A program made the position numbers and the translations under genes. A DNA stretch of 64,000 nt from NCBI GenBank assembly GCA_043821645.1, contig JBDRCO010000094.1:1-64000 (forward strand). Direction: 5' to 3'. The DNA comes from Pseudomonadota bacterium (lineage in GTDB: Bacteria > Myxococcota > JACRCW01 > JAFGSX01). The first letter of the stretch is position 1. Every line of letters begins with the position of its first letter. Under the pieces are notes generated by a model. It worked only from the letters and a program-made list of their open reading frames with translations. It made no database searches and was not told where the DNA came from. This document shows positions 1 to 9,168 of this stretch, piece after piece.

Positions 1-880
1 CAGCGGCGGCGGCCGCGAGTACGTGGTCAGCTATGGCACCGGCAGCGTGACCGCGGACCTGTACCTGTACGAGGGCAGCCTCTGCGTCGGTGCGACCTTC
101 GACCTGGTCAGCGGCTTCGTGCAGGACTACAACGGGATCTACACCATCCGCAGCTACTACCTGTCCGATACCACCAACATCGACGACAGCGCCTGTCCCC
201 TGGACGCGGTCGTGCGCGTCAACGAGGTCAAGGCCAACGTCAACCAGGGCTGCGACCTGGTCGAGCTGCGCGTCACCGAGGCTGGCAGCATGACCGGCTT
301 CACCGTCTACGAGCGCAACACCGCGGTTCTCACCTTCGCGTCCATGGCCGTCGCCAAGAACGACTACATCGTGCTGCACTTCAACGCCGACAACACCACC
401 ACCTGCAACCCCACCAGCGCCTGGAGCGAGTACGCGAGCAAGACCGGGCAGCCCGCAGCCACCCACACCCAGAACTTCGACAGCGCCTTTGACATGCAGC
501 TGGCAGGCGATGGCATCACAGGGACCTCGTCGGTGATCACGGTCTACGACTCGATCGGCACCATCGTCGACGCGGTGCTGCTGACCGACGGGACGAGCAA
601 CGCGTCTAACCCCGCCGAGGCCCAGGCCGAGACCCTGCGACTGGCGGACGAGTGGCGCAAGTCGGACGGAACGGCCGCCGCGGCCGACTTCTTTGTCGAC
701 GCGGACTTCATCGCGCACGCGGTACCGGATCTCAACGCCGAGGGCACCCAGGATGTGATCACGGGTCACTCGATCCAGCGCCTCGACAACGCCGACACCG
801 ACAAGATGGGCGACTGGACCTCGACCAACGCGAGCCCGACCTGGGGCCACAACAACGTTGGCCAGAGCGACCTTCCCTGA
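1..880 (+). CDS. Secreted/surface protein C-terminal fragment with lamin-tail (LTD)-like domain; 5' end outside window
   Basis: Frame open from position 2 to TGA 878-880; 'VRVNEVKAN...DLVELRV' and terminal 'SPTWGHNN' resemble LTD; acidic, Thr-rich. Confidence 0.6.
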   Translation, partial: SGGGREYVVSYGTGSVTADLYLYEGSLCVGATFDLVSGFVQDYNGIYTIRSYYLSDTTNIDDSACPLDAVVRVNEVKANVNQGCDLVELRVTEAGSMTGFTVYERNTAVLTFASMAVAKNDYIVLHFNADNTTTCNPTSAWSEYASKTGQPAATHTQNFDSAFDMQLAGDGITGTSSVITVYDSIGTIVDAVLLTDGTSNASNPAEAQAETLRLADEWRKSDGTAAAADFFVDADFIAHAVPDLNAEGTQDVITGHSIQRLDNADTDKMGDWTSTNASPTWGHNNVGQSDLP

Positions 881-996
881 GCGCATCGCGCGCGCGTCAC
901 CTCGGTGGTTCCACGCCGCGGCCGTTCGACTACCGGTCGCGCGACCACGGGCCCACGACCTCCATCCGAGAATGAGGGAGACACCAGGGCCCCTGC

Positions 997-2667
997 TCAG
1001 CGCGTCACCGACACCCGCCGCCGCGCGATCACGCGCTGGTTGCCGTCGCCATCGCGCGCCACGATCTCGAGCAGGTGCTGGCAGGCGGTCAGCGCCGAGG
1101 TGTCGAGGGTCCCCGAGAAGCCCACCTGGTTGCAGCCGGCGTAGCCTGGCCAGACCAGGCACACATCGGGTCGGGATCCACCGTAGCCCAGGCTGCCGTG
1201 CAGCGCGCCATCGACCCACAGCTCGACCGCGGTCACGCCCTTGTTGTCCAGGGCCCAGCCTCCCACGGTCGCGTTGCCCTGCACGGTGGCGTCGGCAACC
1301 GGCGCATCGAGCCAGCCAAAGGGCGGCAGGTGGGTGTCGAGCCAGCTCGCCTCGGCCGCCACGGTCTGCAGCGAACCCAGGATCAGGTAGGCGCGGGCGC
1401 GCACCTGGGCGTGGGCCGGGATGCCAAAGGCGAAGCGCGCCCGGAAGTTGTTGAAGGGCAAGCTCCGGTTCTGCCAGCCCTGGTACGCGGTCTGCCTGTT
1501 CTCGTAGTACATGCCCACGCCGTAGTCGCTGGTCTCGTTCTGCAAGCTGACCCAGGCGCCGGGGCTGTCCAGGTTCTTGTAAAAGAAGCCGTCGTTGCCC
1601 GGCTGGTCGATGCTGATCTGGGTCTGGCTCGAGTCGTACAGCCGCCACAGGTCAGGTCCCTGCTGGCCGTTGGAGGTGTAGACGGTGGGCATCTCCTGCA
1701 GGGTGCTGGCGTGGGCCATGCTGTCCGGGTTGTCGACGAGGTAGTCGAGCTCGACCACCAGCGGCCGCACGAAGCGCGCGCGCTGGCGCACCGTGACCTC
1801 GCTGCGGCGCTGCCTGAGCTGGCTGTCCGAGCAGGCCACGTCGCTGCAGTCTTGCCGGTCCCAGTTGGGGTTCCAGTGCAGGGGCTGGGTGTTCACCTCG
1901 AGCAGGCCGTTGGCGTTGCTGCAGCTGAGCACGCCCGAGCCCACGTTGCAGCGGTTGCCACCCTGCACCGGGTTCCAGCCGAGGTAGGTGATGGACTGCG
2001 GGCAGGTGGTCGACGTCGTCCGGCAGCTCGCGTCGTGAGCGCAGTTCTGCATGGCGCGATCTGGATCGTAGAACGCGACCTGGACCTCGCGCCCGGTGTC
2101 GTTGGCGTCGATGACGTTGCTGCTGTTCTGACCCGGGCCGCTGCTCCCCACCAGGCCGAAGAAGATGAGGGTGCCGCCCCACTCGCGGCGCACGCCGACC
2201 TTGGTGTAGGAGGTCGCGTTGTACAGGTAGTCGTCGGTGAAGCCGTTGACCGAGGTGGTCTCGCTGGTGCCGGCGCTGGCCTCGCCGGGCAAGGGAGACT
2301 CGGGCACGGCGACAGGATCCGGCACAGCCTGGCACTGGGTGCCCAGGTCCGCTGTGGAGGCGTCGGTCGCCTGTGACGCATCGGCGACGACGGCGCTGTC
2401 CACCCCCATCGCGTGGTCCCGGGGCGAAGCATCGAGTCCCCCTCCGAGGTCCTGCGCGGTGTGGTCGCGTGCCAGCAGGTCCGCCGCGGTCGCGTCCTGG
2501 GTTGCGCGATCGGCGGCGCCGCCCTCCCCCGCTGTCCTGTCAGCGGGTGCTGAGTCCACCATCGCGGCATCCATCCGCGCGGCGTCGAGCGTGCCCTGCA
2601 CGTCGTCACGCTGCTGGCTCGCGGGATCGCAGGCCGCGCAGAGAGCCACTGTCAGCACACCGAGCAT
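997..2667 (-). CDS. Secreted lipoprotein with Asp/Ala linker, Cys-containing core and C-terminal Ig-like (Big_7-type) domain
   Basis: Probable start ATG 2667 (MLGVLTVALCAAC lipobox); C-terminal 'PPFGWLDAP..VGGWALD..V.LWVDG..GF.GTLDT' Ig-like pattern. Confidence 0.7.
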   Translation of the reverse strand: MLGVLTVALCAACDPASQQRDDVQGTLDAARMDAAMVDSAPADRTAGEGGAADRATQDATAADLLARDHTAQDLGGGLDASPRDHAMGVDSAVVADASQATDASTADLGTQCQAVPDPVAVPESPLPGEASAGTSETTSVNGFTDDYLYNATSYTKVGVRREWGGTLIFFGLVGSSGPGQNSSNVIDANDTGREVQVAFYDPDRAMQNCAHDASCRTTSTTCPQSITYLGWNPVQGGNRCNVGSGVLSCSNANGLLEVNTQPLHWNPNWDRQDCSDVACSDSQLRQRRSEVTVRQRARFVRPLVVELDYLVDNPDSMAHASTLQEMPTVYTSNGQQGPDLWRLYDSSQTQISIDQPGNDGFFYKNLDSPGAWVSLQNETSDYGVGMYYENRQTAYQGWQNRSLPFNNFRARFAFGIPAHAQVRARAYLILGSLQTVAAEASWLDTHLPPFGWLDAPVADATVQGNATVGGWALDNKGVTAVELWVDGALHGSLGYGGSRPDVCLVWPGYAGCNQVGFSGTLDTSALTACQHLLEIVARDGDGNQRVIARRRVSVTR

Positions 2668-2791
2668 GCAGGTTGCGTGCGTCCGCGCACCGCGCTCCGT
2701 CGAAGCCGAGGGGCGCCATTGCACGCGTGGCATTCCGGGTGATACGTAGGGTCGACGGTACGGGGACCCAGATCGAAGCGGTGGAGTCGTC

Positions 2792-3298
2792 ATGATCCAG
2801 CTCTACAACTTTCTCGAGCACAACCACGAGCTGCTGGTGAACGCCCTGCTCAACCAGGTGCCCAAGGAAGTCTCATCCTACGCGCGCGTGCCACGCAACG
2901 AGCTCAAGCAGAGTATCGAGCACCTGCTCGAAGCCTACACCGACCTGCTGGTCACCGGCGAGGACGACTCGCTGCGCGCCTTCTTCAAGTACATCGCCAA
3001 GCTTCGCGCCTCGCAGTCCTTCAAGGTCTCCGACGTCATGCGCGCCCTGCTGTGCTTCCCCCCGGTCATTCGCGCCATGTTGCAAGAGGAGTACCGGGAC
3101 GTCGACGGCGACGGCCGGACCCTGTTCAACAACTCCATCGCCAAGATCGAGACCACGGCCTTCGATTCGATCTGCGTGTTCGCCGACATCTTCCAGGACT
3201 ACCTGGCCAGCCGCATCGAGGAGCACAACGAGTACCTGACCGAGAAGAACAAGCAGCTCGGCGTCGATCTCTCCAAGTTCATCCTCTTCAAGGGCTGA
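2792..3298 (+). CDS. Small all-helical protein, RsbRD N-terminal (globin-like sensor)-like
   Basis: GGAG RBS, typical codon usage; 'YIAKLRASQSFKVSDVMRALL' resembles the RsbRD_N/HisK_N core. Confidence 0.6.
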   Translation: MIQLYNFLEHNHELLVNALLNQVPKEVSSYARVPRNELKQSIEHLLEAYTDLLVTGEDDSLRAFFKYIAKLRASQSFKVSDVMRALLCFPPVIRAMLQEEYRDVDGDGRTLFNNSIAKIETTAFDSICVFADIFQDYLASRIEEHNEYLTEKNKQLGVDLSKFILFKG

Positions 3299-3303
3299 GC
3301 CAC

Positions 3304-4956
3304 GTGGCCACGACCCGGCGCCGCAGCGCAGCGCGTGCACCGCGCGCTGATCGAACCCCTTCTTCCAGCTTTCGCGACGAGCTGGTGGCCCTGCACCGCG
3401 AGATCTACCGCCGCAACCAGCGCCGCATCCAGGCCGCCGTCAGCGACGACGATCGTGCTTTCGCCGCCTACGAGGCACGCTACCGGCGTTCGCTTCCCCG
3501 GCTGCAGCGGGTGGCGGAGTTCGACGAGATCGTGACCCGCAGTCGCGCGGCCGACGTGGTGCTGGTCGGCGACTACCACACGCTGGAGCAGTCTCAGCGC
3601 TCGGTGGTGCGCCTGCTGCGACAGCTCCTGCCGTCGACGCGCCCGCTGGCCCTGGCGCTGGAGTTCGTCGAGGGCTCGCACCAGGATGCCCTCGACGCCT
3701 TCCTGCGCGGGCGCCTGGGTGAGAAGAGCTTTCTGCGTCGCATCTCCTTCAAGCAGCACTGGCCCTACGGCAGCTTCGACGGCTTGCGCAGCATCTGCGA
3801 GCTGGCGCGGACCCATCGCGTGACTGGCCTGGCCATCGATCGAGACGCCGGGCGCGGTGCCAGCCTCGAAGCGCGTGACCGCTACGCGGCGACGCGCATC
3901 GCCGCCTGGCTGGCCAAGAACCCCACCGGACAGGTGCTGTGCCTGATCGGCGAGCTGCACCTGGCACCCGCGCACCTCCCTGCCGCGCTGCGCAGCCGCG
4001 GCTGCACACGCCTGGTGACCCTGCATCAGAACTGCGAACAGGTTTATCACGCGCTCGAGGCGCGAGGCCTGGAGCAGGAAGCCGAGGCTGTGCTGCTGGC
4101 CCGGGATCGGTATGCCCTCAACGTGGTGCCGCCGGTGATCTGCCAGCAGTCGTTCTTGCGCTGGCTCGACGAGGACGATCGCTATCACGACGTGGCCACG
4201 CTGCGTGAGGCCTTCGTGGACCAGGCGCAGCTCATCGCTCACCTGCTCGAGCTCGACGCGAGAGAGGCGCTGACCGGAGTGCAGGTCGAGACCCTGGCCG
4301 ACCTGTCCTTCATGCACAGGCTGCGGCGATCCAAGGTGTTCAGCACCGACGAGTGGCAGGCCCTGCGCGAGCAGATCCTCAACAGCGAGAGTTACTACAT
4401 CCCGCGCCTCAAGCTGGTGTACCTGGGCACGCCCTCGGTCAACCACTCCAGCGAGGAGGCCGCGCACTTCTTGCGGGATGCCCTGGCCGGCGAGAGCTCG
4501 CCGCGGCACGCCATCGAAGCCTTCTACGACAGGGCGGTCAACGAGGCGCTGGCCTTCTTTGGCAGCAAGCTGGTCAATCACAAGCGCAAGGCCCTGCACG
4601 AGTCCGCGTTTCGCCGCATGCTGCGCGAGGCGCGGGAGGATCCGACCCTGTACTCGAAGCCCGAGCTGCAGCGCGCGCAGCTGGTGCTGGGCCACAAGCG
4701 GCTCGAGCAAGGTGGCCGTGCACCCCTCGACGCGAGCCTGTTCTCGGCCTCGCCGGTGGTGCTCGACGCAGTGGCCCATGCCCTGGGCTACATGCTCGGG
4801 GACCGCCTGTACTACGCCGTGGTGCGTGGCGAGATGCCCAAGGCCGAGGCCCGGGCCGCCTTCGTGGAGCCGCTGCGCGGTCGGGGAGCGGCCATCAACG
4901 CCTACTTCATGCTGTCGGCACGGCTGGCCGGGGTGCGCGTGCCACGTCGCGCGTGA
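3304..4956 (+). CDS. ChaN/EreA-like family protein with C-terminal extension, no signal peptide
   Basis: GTG 3304 just after upstream stop; motifs 'ADVVLVGDYH', 'LALEFV', 'RDRYAA', 'LIGELH'. Confidence 0.75.
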   Translation: MATTRRRSAARAPRADRTPSSSFRDELVALHREIYRRNQRRIQAAVSDDDRAFAAYEARYRRSLPRLQRVAEFDEIVTRSRAADVVLVGDYHTLEQSQRSVVRLLRQLLPSTRPLALALEFVEGSHQDALDAFLRGRLGEKSFLRRISFKQHWPYGSFDGLRSICELARTHRVTGLAIDRDAGRGASLEARDRYAATRIAAWLAKNPTGQVLCLIGELHLAPAHLPAALRSRGCTRLVTLHQNCEQVYHALEARGLEQEAEAVLLARDRYALNVVPPVICQQSFLRWLDEDDRYHDVATLREAFVDQAQLIAHLLELDAREALTGVQVETLADLSFMHRLRRSKVFSTDEWQALREQILNSESYYIPRLKLVYLGTPSVNHSSEEAAHFLRDALAGESSPRHAIEAFYDRAVNEALAFFGSKLVNHKRKALHESAFRRMLREAREDPTLYSKPELQRAQLVLGHKRLEQGGRAPLDASLFSASPVVLDAVAHALGYMLGDRLYYAVVRGEMPKAEARAAFVEPLRGRGAAINAYFMLSARLAGVRVPRRA

Positions 4957-4972
4957 TCCTGGTGAGCCCGCA

Positions 4973-6634
4973 TCAAGGCTCCACGCGCCCTATCTGCAGG
5001 CCGTAGATCCCGCTCGGGATGACCGTGCCGCCGTGACCGTAAAAATATTCGCTGATGAAGCCTGGCCCGTTGACGCCGGTGCTGTTGGCCGGGTCGTTGG
5101 GGTCGGCGCAGGTTTCGCCACCGCCTGGGTTGCAGCCGTAATAGCGCAGGCCAACGATGTTGTTGCTGTTGTCCCTCAGCCAGCCCACGAAGAGTACCGC
5201 GTGGCCCGAGGGTGGATCCCGCGACAGGTTGATCAGGTCTCCAGGGAGCACGCTGTCGAAGTTGGCCGCGCTGTTGGCGATGGCACGACCGGCATTGACC
5301 AGGGCCAGGGCCTCGCCGGAGCTCGCCAGGTTGGGGATGGGCGCGGATCCCGTGCCCTGCCACTGCTGGTAGAAATCCCCACCCTGCAGCCGGTTCAAGG
5401 TCAGGTCAGCGAGCTGCGCGTCACTGGCTAGGGCATTGGCTTCGCGGTAGCGGCGCCAGGCGTCGAGGAAGACCTCGAGGGCGTGACCGGTGCAGAAGCA
5501 ATCGCCTCCGCCCTGGAACACGCGCTGGCCTCCGTAGTAGGCGTCGCGCGACATGCCCTGGGCAGAGTTGCACGACGACGACAGCCAGCAGAAGGGAACG
5601 CTCGAGTCGCGAGGCCAGAGCGTGGCGTCGTTGATGGACTGCACCAGGTAGCGATTGAACCCCGAGGGCTCGGCCAGGGGCTGGCAGGCGCCCGTGGGCT
5701 CTGGCCAGCACACCTCGTCCTCGTCGCAGACATAACCCTCGCTCTCCCGGCAGTTTCCGTCGACGGCACAGGACTTGAGGCAGGCCGTGCAGCGAGCGGC
5801 ATTGTCGCGGTTGCACACCGTGCTGCTGCCCAGGGCGAAGCAGCGAGAGCCCTCGGGACAGCCGCTGAACTCGCACAGGGTCTTGGTGCAGTAGCCCCCC
5901 GGGCCACCCATGCAGGCCAGGTGACCGCAGTCCTCGTCGCCACCGCAGGCGGAGCCGATGTCGAAGGCCGGTGCGCTGGTGCCTGGCCAGCCCTGGCTGG
6001 CCGCGGGCAGACAGACCGGAAAGATGCTCGACGCATCGCCGTAGCGCTGCTGCAGCACGCAGGCATAGCCGGTGCGACAGCCCGTGGGCGACAGGTCAAA
6101 GTCGCATTCGCTGACACAGCGAGGCTGCGACGACCCAGCCTCGATGCAGCGCGTGGTGGTATTGAGCCCGCCCACGCTGTCCGGACACACCCAGCGCCCG
6201 GTGCTGCTGCTCTGGCTGCAGGCCTGGGTGCACATGCCACCTGGGAAGCCCGTGGTCTCGCACAGTGCGGTATCGAAGTTGACGTCGTCACACTGGCCTG
6301 TGCCACTGCAGGCGCCGCCCACCCAGCCCGGGTTGAGCTCGACCCCTGCGGTCCCGCCGTCACCACCGCCGGCGTCGATGGCCACGGCCGCGTCCTGGGC
6401 CATGCTGCGATCCGAACTTGCCGCATCGCGGGCCACGGTGCTGTCGCGACCGGTGCTGGCGTCGGGAATGGGGGTCCACAGGTCCTGGCCTGCGCTGTCC
6501 GGAGCGGGTGCAGCATCCAGGGTGGTCGCATCCAGGCTCCCCGCATCCAGGCCCGCGGCATCTTCGTCGACGAGGGGCTGCCCACAGGCCACCAGTTCAC
6601 AAGCCAGCAGGCACAGCACGGGCAGACGCTTCAT
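4973..6634 (-). CDS. Lipoprotein: Asp/Ala linker, Cys-rich region, C-terminal papain/NlpC-P60-like domain
   Basis: ATG 6634 with GAGG RBS, lipobox 'ELVAC'; 'FCTG..LEVF' and 'PGDLINLSR...GHAVLFVGW'. Confidence 0.7.
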   Translation of the reverse strand: MKRLPVLCLLACELVACGQPLVDEDAAGLDAGSLDATTLDAAPAPDSAGQDLWTPIPDASTGRDSTVARDAASSDRSMAQDAAVAIDAGGGDGGTAGVELNPGWVGGACSGTGQCDDVNFDTALCETTGFPGGMCTQACSQSSSTGRWVCPDSVGGLNTTTRCIEAGSSQPRCVSECDFDLSPTGCRTGYACVLQQRYGDASSIFPVCLPAASQGWPGTSAPAFDIGSACGGDEDCGHLACMGGPGGYCTKTLCEFSGCPEGSRCFALGSSTVCNRDNAARCTACLKSCAVDGNCRESEGYVCDEDEVCWPEPTGACQPLAEPSGFNRYLVQSINDATLWPRDSSVPFCWLSSSCNSAQGMSRDAYYGGQRVFQGGGDCFCTGHALEVFLDAWRRYREANALASDAQLADLTLNRLQGGDFYQQWQGTGSAPIPNLASSGEALALVNAGRAIANSAANFDSVLPGDLINLSRDPPSGHAVLFVGWLRDNSNNIVGLRYYGCNPGGGETCADPNDPANSTGVNGPGFISEYFYGHGGTVIPSGIYGLQIGRVEP

Positions 6635-6715
6635 GAGATCCTCGCGCGCAGCAGCTCTCATGCAGCGCTTCAAGTTTGCAGGGGGCGATCTTGGACTGGC
6701 AACGAAGAACAGGCC

Positions 6716-7864
6716 CTACTCGGTGGGCCAGGTGCCCGGGGGCACCATGATCAGACCCGTGGACCAGCCCCAGTCTTCCAGCGGCGTGCGCTGGAACATG
6801 TGCTCGCCTCCGTCGTCGGGGCCCGCGTTCCAGTGGTTCTCGTTGACAGTACCATCTTGCATGGCGAAGCAGTGCATGCCGCCCTTGGCCACACCGATGG
6901 CGAAGGGGACTTTCTTCAGAGCGTCGATGCCGCTCATGTCCTTGGGGGTGCTGCTGTCGTCACTGGGCCTGTAGTTCTGGATGAAGCCGTCTACTTTCAT
7001 GGTCTCGGAGGGGTACTTGACCCAGAACTTGCCTTGCTTGGCCATGTTGACATAGGCCGCGTGATCGCGTCGCGAACCGCCCTCCATGTCCGGCTTCTTG
7101 GCGTCGTGGGCAAAGAACATGGACTTCCAGCCGTCCTTCTGCAGTTCGCGGCACAGCACGCCGCCATAGCCACCTTCTCTTCCGACGATGCGCTTGATCT
7201 CCTCGCCGCGTTCCGGCTTGCCGGCCTTCTTGTACGCCTCGACCACGGACTCGAGCGCCCAGTCCACACAGCTCGTCTGCTTGAGCTGGTTGGGTGTCGG
7301 CGCGGTCTGCCCGGGCTTGGTGTGCTCTTTCAAGTAGGCGGCCTTCTCGGTCTGGCTCAGGCTGTGGTAGGAGGAGTGGTCACCGAAATAGGTTCCAACA
7401 CCCCGCTCCTCGACCAGCCTGTTGTGGCGCTCTGTACGCTCGGTCAGACTGGTTCGGCCTTCCTCGGCCAGGCGCTGGCCAAAGCTCGGCCGACTCGCAC
7501 CACCGGTGCTGCCGGTGCTGGCGACCTGCCGGTTCTCGGCCAGCATGGCCAGTCGATCGTGCACCCGTCCCGCCGGGGACTTCTGCCCACCATCCTCGGC
7601 CTTGAAGCTGTTGCCCGAGCCGTCGCCCCAGCCCACGCGCCTGTCGTCCAGCCTGTCCATCTCCGAGAACAGGCGGTTCATCTCGGCGGTGCCCGCGATC
7701 TTGCCATCGCCGTTGAGATCGGCCGTGGCGAGCTTGTCGGCGCTGCTCAGGCCGTCGGCCGCAGCCTGGCGGATCTCGCCGTCGTTCTTCAACTTGGCGA
7801 CGTCGATCTGCTTGTTGGCCATCGTGGAGCCGGTGAAGGTGCTGCGGTCGACGATGCGTGTCAT
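6716..7864 (-). CDS. Signal-peptide-less protein with N-terminal EF-hand-like motif and putative Cys-His hydrolase domain
   Basis: GAGGTG RBS; 'ADLNGDGKI' loop; 'TSCVDW' ... 'GGMHCF' ... 'ENHW'. Confidence 0.65.
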   Translation of the reverse strand: MTRIVDRSTFTGSTMANKQIDVAKLKNDGEIRQAAADGLSSADKLATADLNGDGKIAGTAEMNRLFSEMDRLDDRRVGWGDGSGNSFKAEDGGQKSPAGRVHDRLAMLAENRQVASTGSTGGASRPSFGQRLAEEGRTSLTERTERHNRLVEERGVGTYFGDHSSYHSLSQTEKAAYLKEHTKPGQTAPTPNQLKQTSCVDWALESVVEAYKKAGKPERGEEIKRIVGREGGYGGVLCRELQKDGWKSMFFAHDAKKPDMEGGSRRDHAAYVNMAKQGKFWVKYPSETMKVDGFIQNYRPSDDSSTPKDMSGIDALKKVPFAIGVAKGGMHCFAMQDGTVNENHWNAGPDDGGEHMFQRTPLEDWGWSTGLIMVPPGTWPTE

Positions 7865-8022
7865 CTCTCACCTCGTGCCATAGCTCCGTAAAGGAGGACG
7901 ATCTCCGATTGAGCTAGGCCTGTACCTCACATATCACCATGGCCTCGCCATTGGCGAAAGCTCAGGAAGCGGGCGCTGGGGTCGCGGGAAAACAATAAAA
8001 TACAAGCAATATCAAGCTGTTG

Positions 8023-9090
8023 TCACGGGGCGAGATCGGGTGGGGGTTCAGGCAGGGGCTCCGGCAAGGGTCCCGCCGCCCCCTCCTCACCGGGCAAGGG
8101 CATCTCGCGAAACTTGAGCTCGCGCACGCGGCGCACGATGGTCGGGTCCGTGGTCAGGTTGACGCGCACACCCTGCACTTGCATGAACTCGCGCAGGGTC
8201 TTCTCGTCGATGTTGTCCAGCCTCTTGAGCAGGCGCTCGAGCATGATCGAGATCTCGGCCCCCTTCTGGGCCACGGTGCGCAGGTCAGACACCGCCACGC
8301 GCAGATCGGCCAGGGCGCGGTCCGCGTTGTCCACTGCCTGCGGTGCGCGCCGGATGGCCTCGGCCATGTCCTCGGCTGGCACTGCCGCGGCGACGCGGTC
8401 GATGCGCTCGAGGGTGTGATCGAGGCGGTCCAACACCTCGGGGCCGCGCTGGCGGATCATGGTCAGCACGGCCTCCACGTCACCGCTGGAGTTCCGCGTC
8501 AGGCTGCTCAGGCTCTTGATCAGACCCGAGGTCTCGTCCAGCACATCACTGAGCGAGCGCGCCGTGGCGTCGACGTCGGAGCGCCGGATCAGACCGTCCA
8601 GCTTCTCCACCGCCGCCTGGAAGGTGGGCAACATGCTGTTGGCGCGACCGATGACCTCCTCGGCGCCGCGGATGACCTGGTCGATCTCGACCGTGGGCAC
8701 CGTGCGATCGATGACCGAACCCGGCTCCAGCAGGGGCGTGTCGGGTGTTCCTGGCATCAGGTCGACGTACTTCTCACCCAGCAAAGTGCGCGCGCGCACC
8801 GCCGCGGTGGCGTCGTGGTGAAGCTCCAGATCCGGCGCCACGGCCACGCGCACGCGGGCGCGACGGCCGTCGACGGAGATCTGTTCCACCAGACCCACGC
8901 GCACACCAGCCACGGTCACCATGTTGTCGGACTGCAGACCAAGGGCGGAGTCGAACACCAGGTCGTAGCTCACGGCGTTGGGAGGTCGGCCCCCGCCCAG
9001 GCGAAAGGACAGGTAGACCAGCCCGGCTAGGGCCAGCAGCACGAACAGCCCAACCGCGATCTCCTGGCGGCGATTGCTGCGCTCCTCCAT
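8023..9090 (-). CDS. mlaD: MlaD/MCE family protein
   Basis: N-terminal TM helix, 'FDSALGL...VTVAGVRVG.V', 'LLGEKYVDL.PG', helical tail. Confidence 0.9.
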   Translation of the reverse strand: MEERSNRRQEIAVGLFVLLALAGLVYLSFRLGGGRPPNAVSYDLVFDSALGLQSDNMVTVAGVRVGLVEQISVDGRRARVRVAVAPDLELHHDATAAVRARTLLGEKYVDLMPGTPDTPLLEPGSVIDRTVPTVEIDQVIRGAEEVIGRANSMLPTFQAAVEKLDGLIRRSDVDATARSLSDVLDETSGLIKSLSSLTRNSSGDVEAVLTMIRQRGPEVLDRLDHTLERIDRVAAAVPAEDMAEAIRRAPQAVDNADRALADLRVAVSDLRTVAQKGAEISIMLERLLKRLDNIDEKTLREFMQVQGVRVNLTTDPTIVRRVRELKFREMPLPGEEGAAGPLPEPLPEPPPDLAP

Positions 9091-9168
9091 GACCGCCGAG
9101 CTTACCTCAGCACGCGGGGAGAGAGCAGCGGCTTTGTCGCTGTGCCGGTGGGAGGCTCCCTCGAGGCC

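Noticed and set aside
4973-7864. Effector-immunity pair interpretation
   Set aside because: The downstream lipoprotein is large and itself appears catalytic, unlike typical immunity proteins
5483-7891. 802-aa + strand ORF, and similar long ORFs such as 20976-22862, 26128-28074, 31415-33277, 50867-53338 and 54841-56556
   Set aside because: Antisense shadows of real genes, expected from GC3 bias; no motifs and atypical composition
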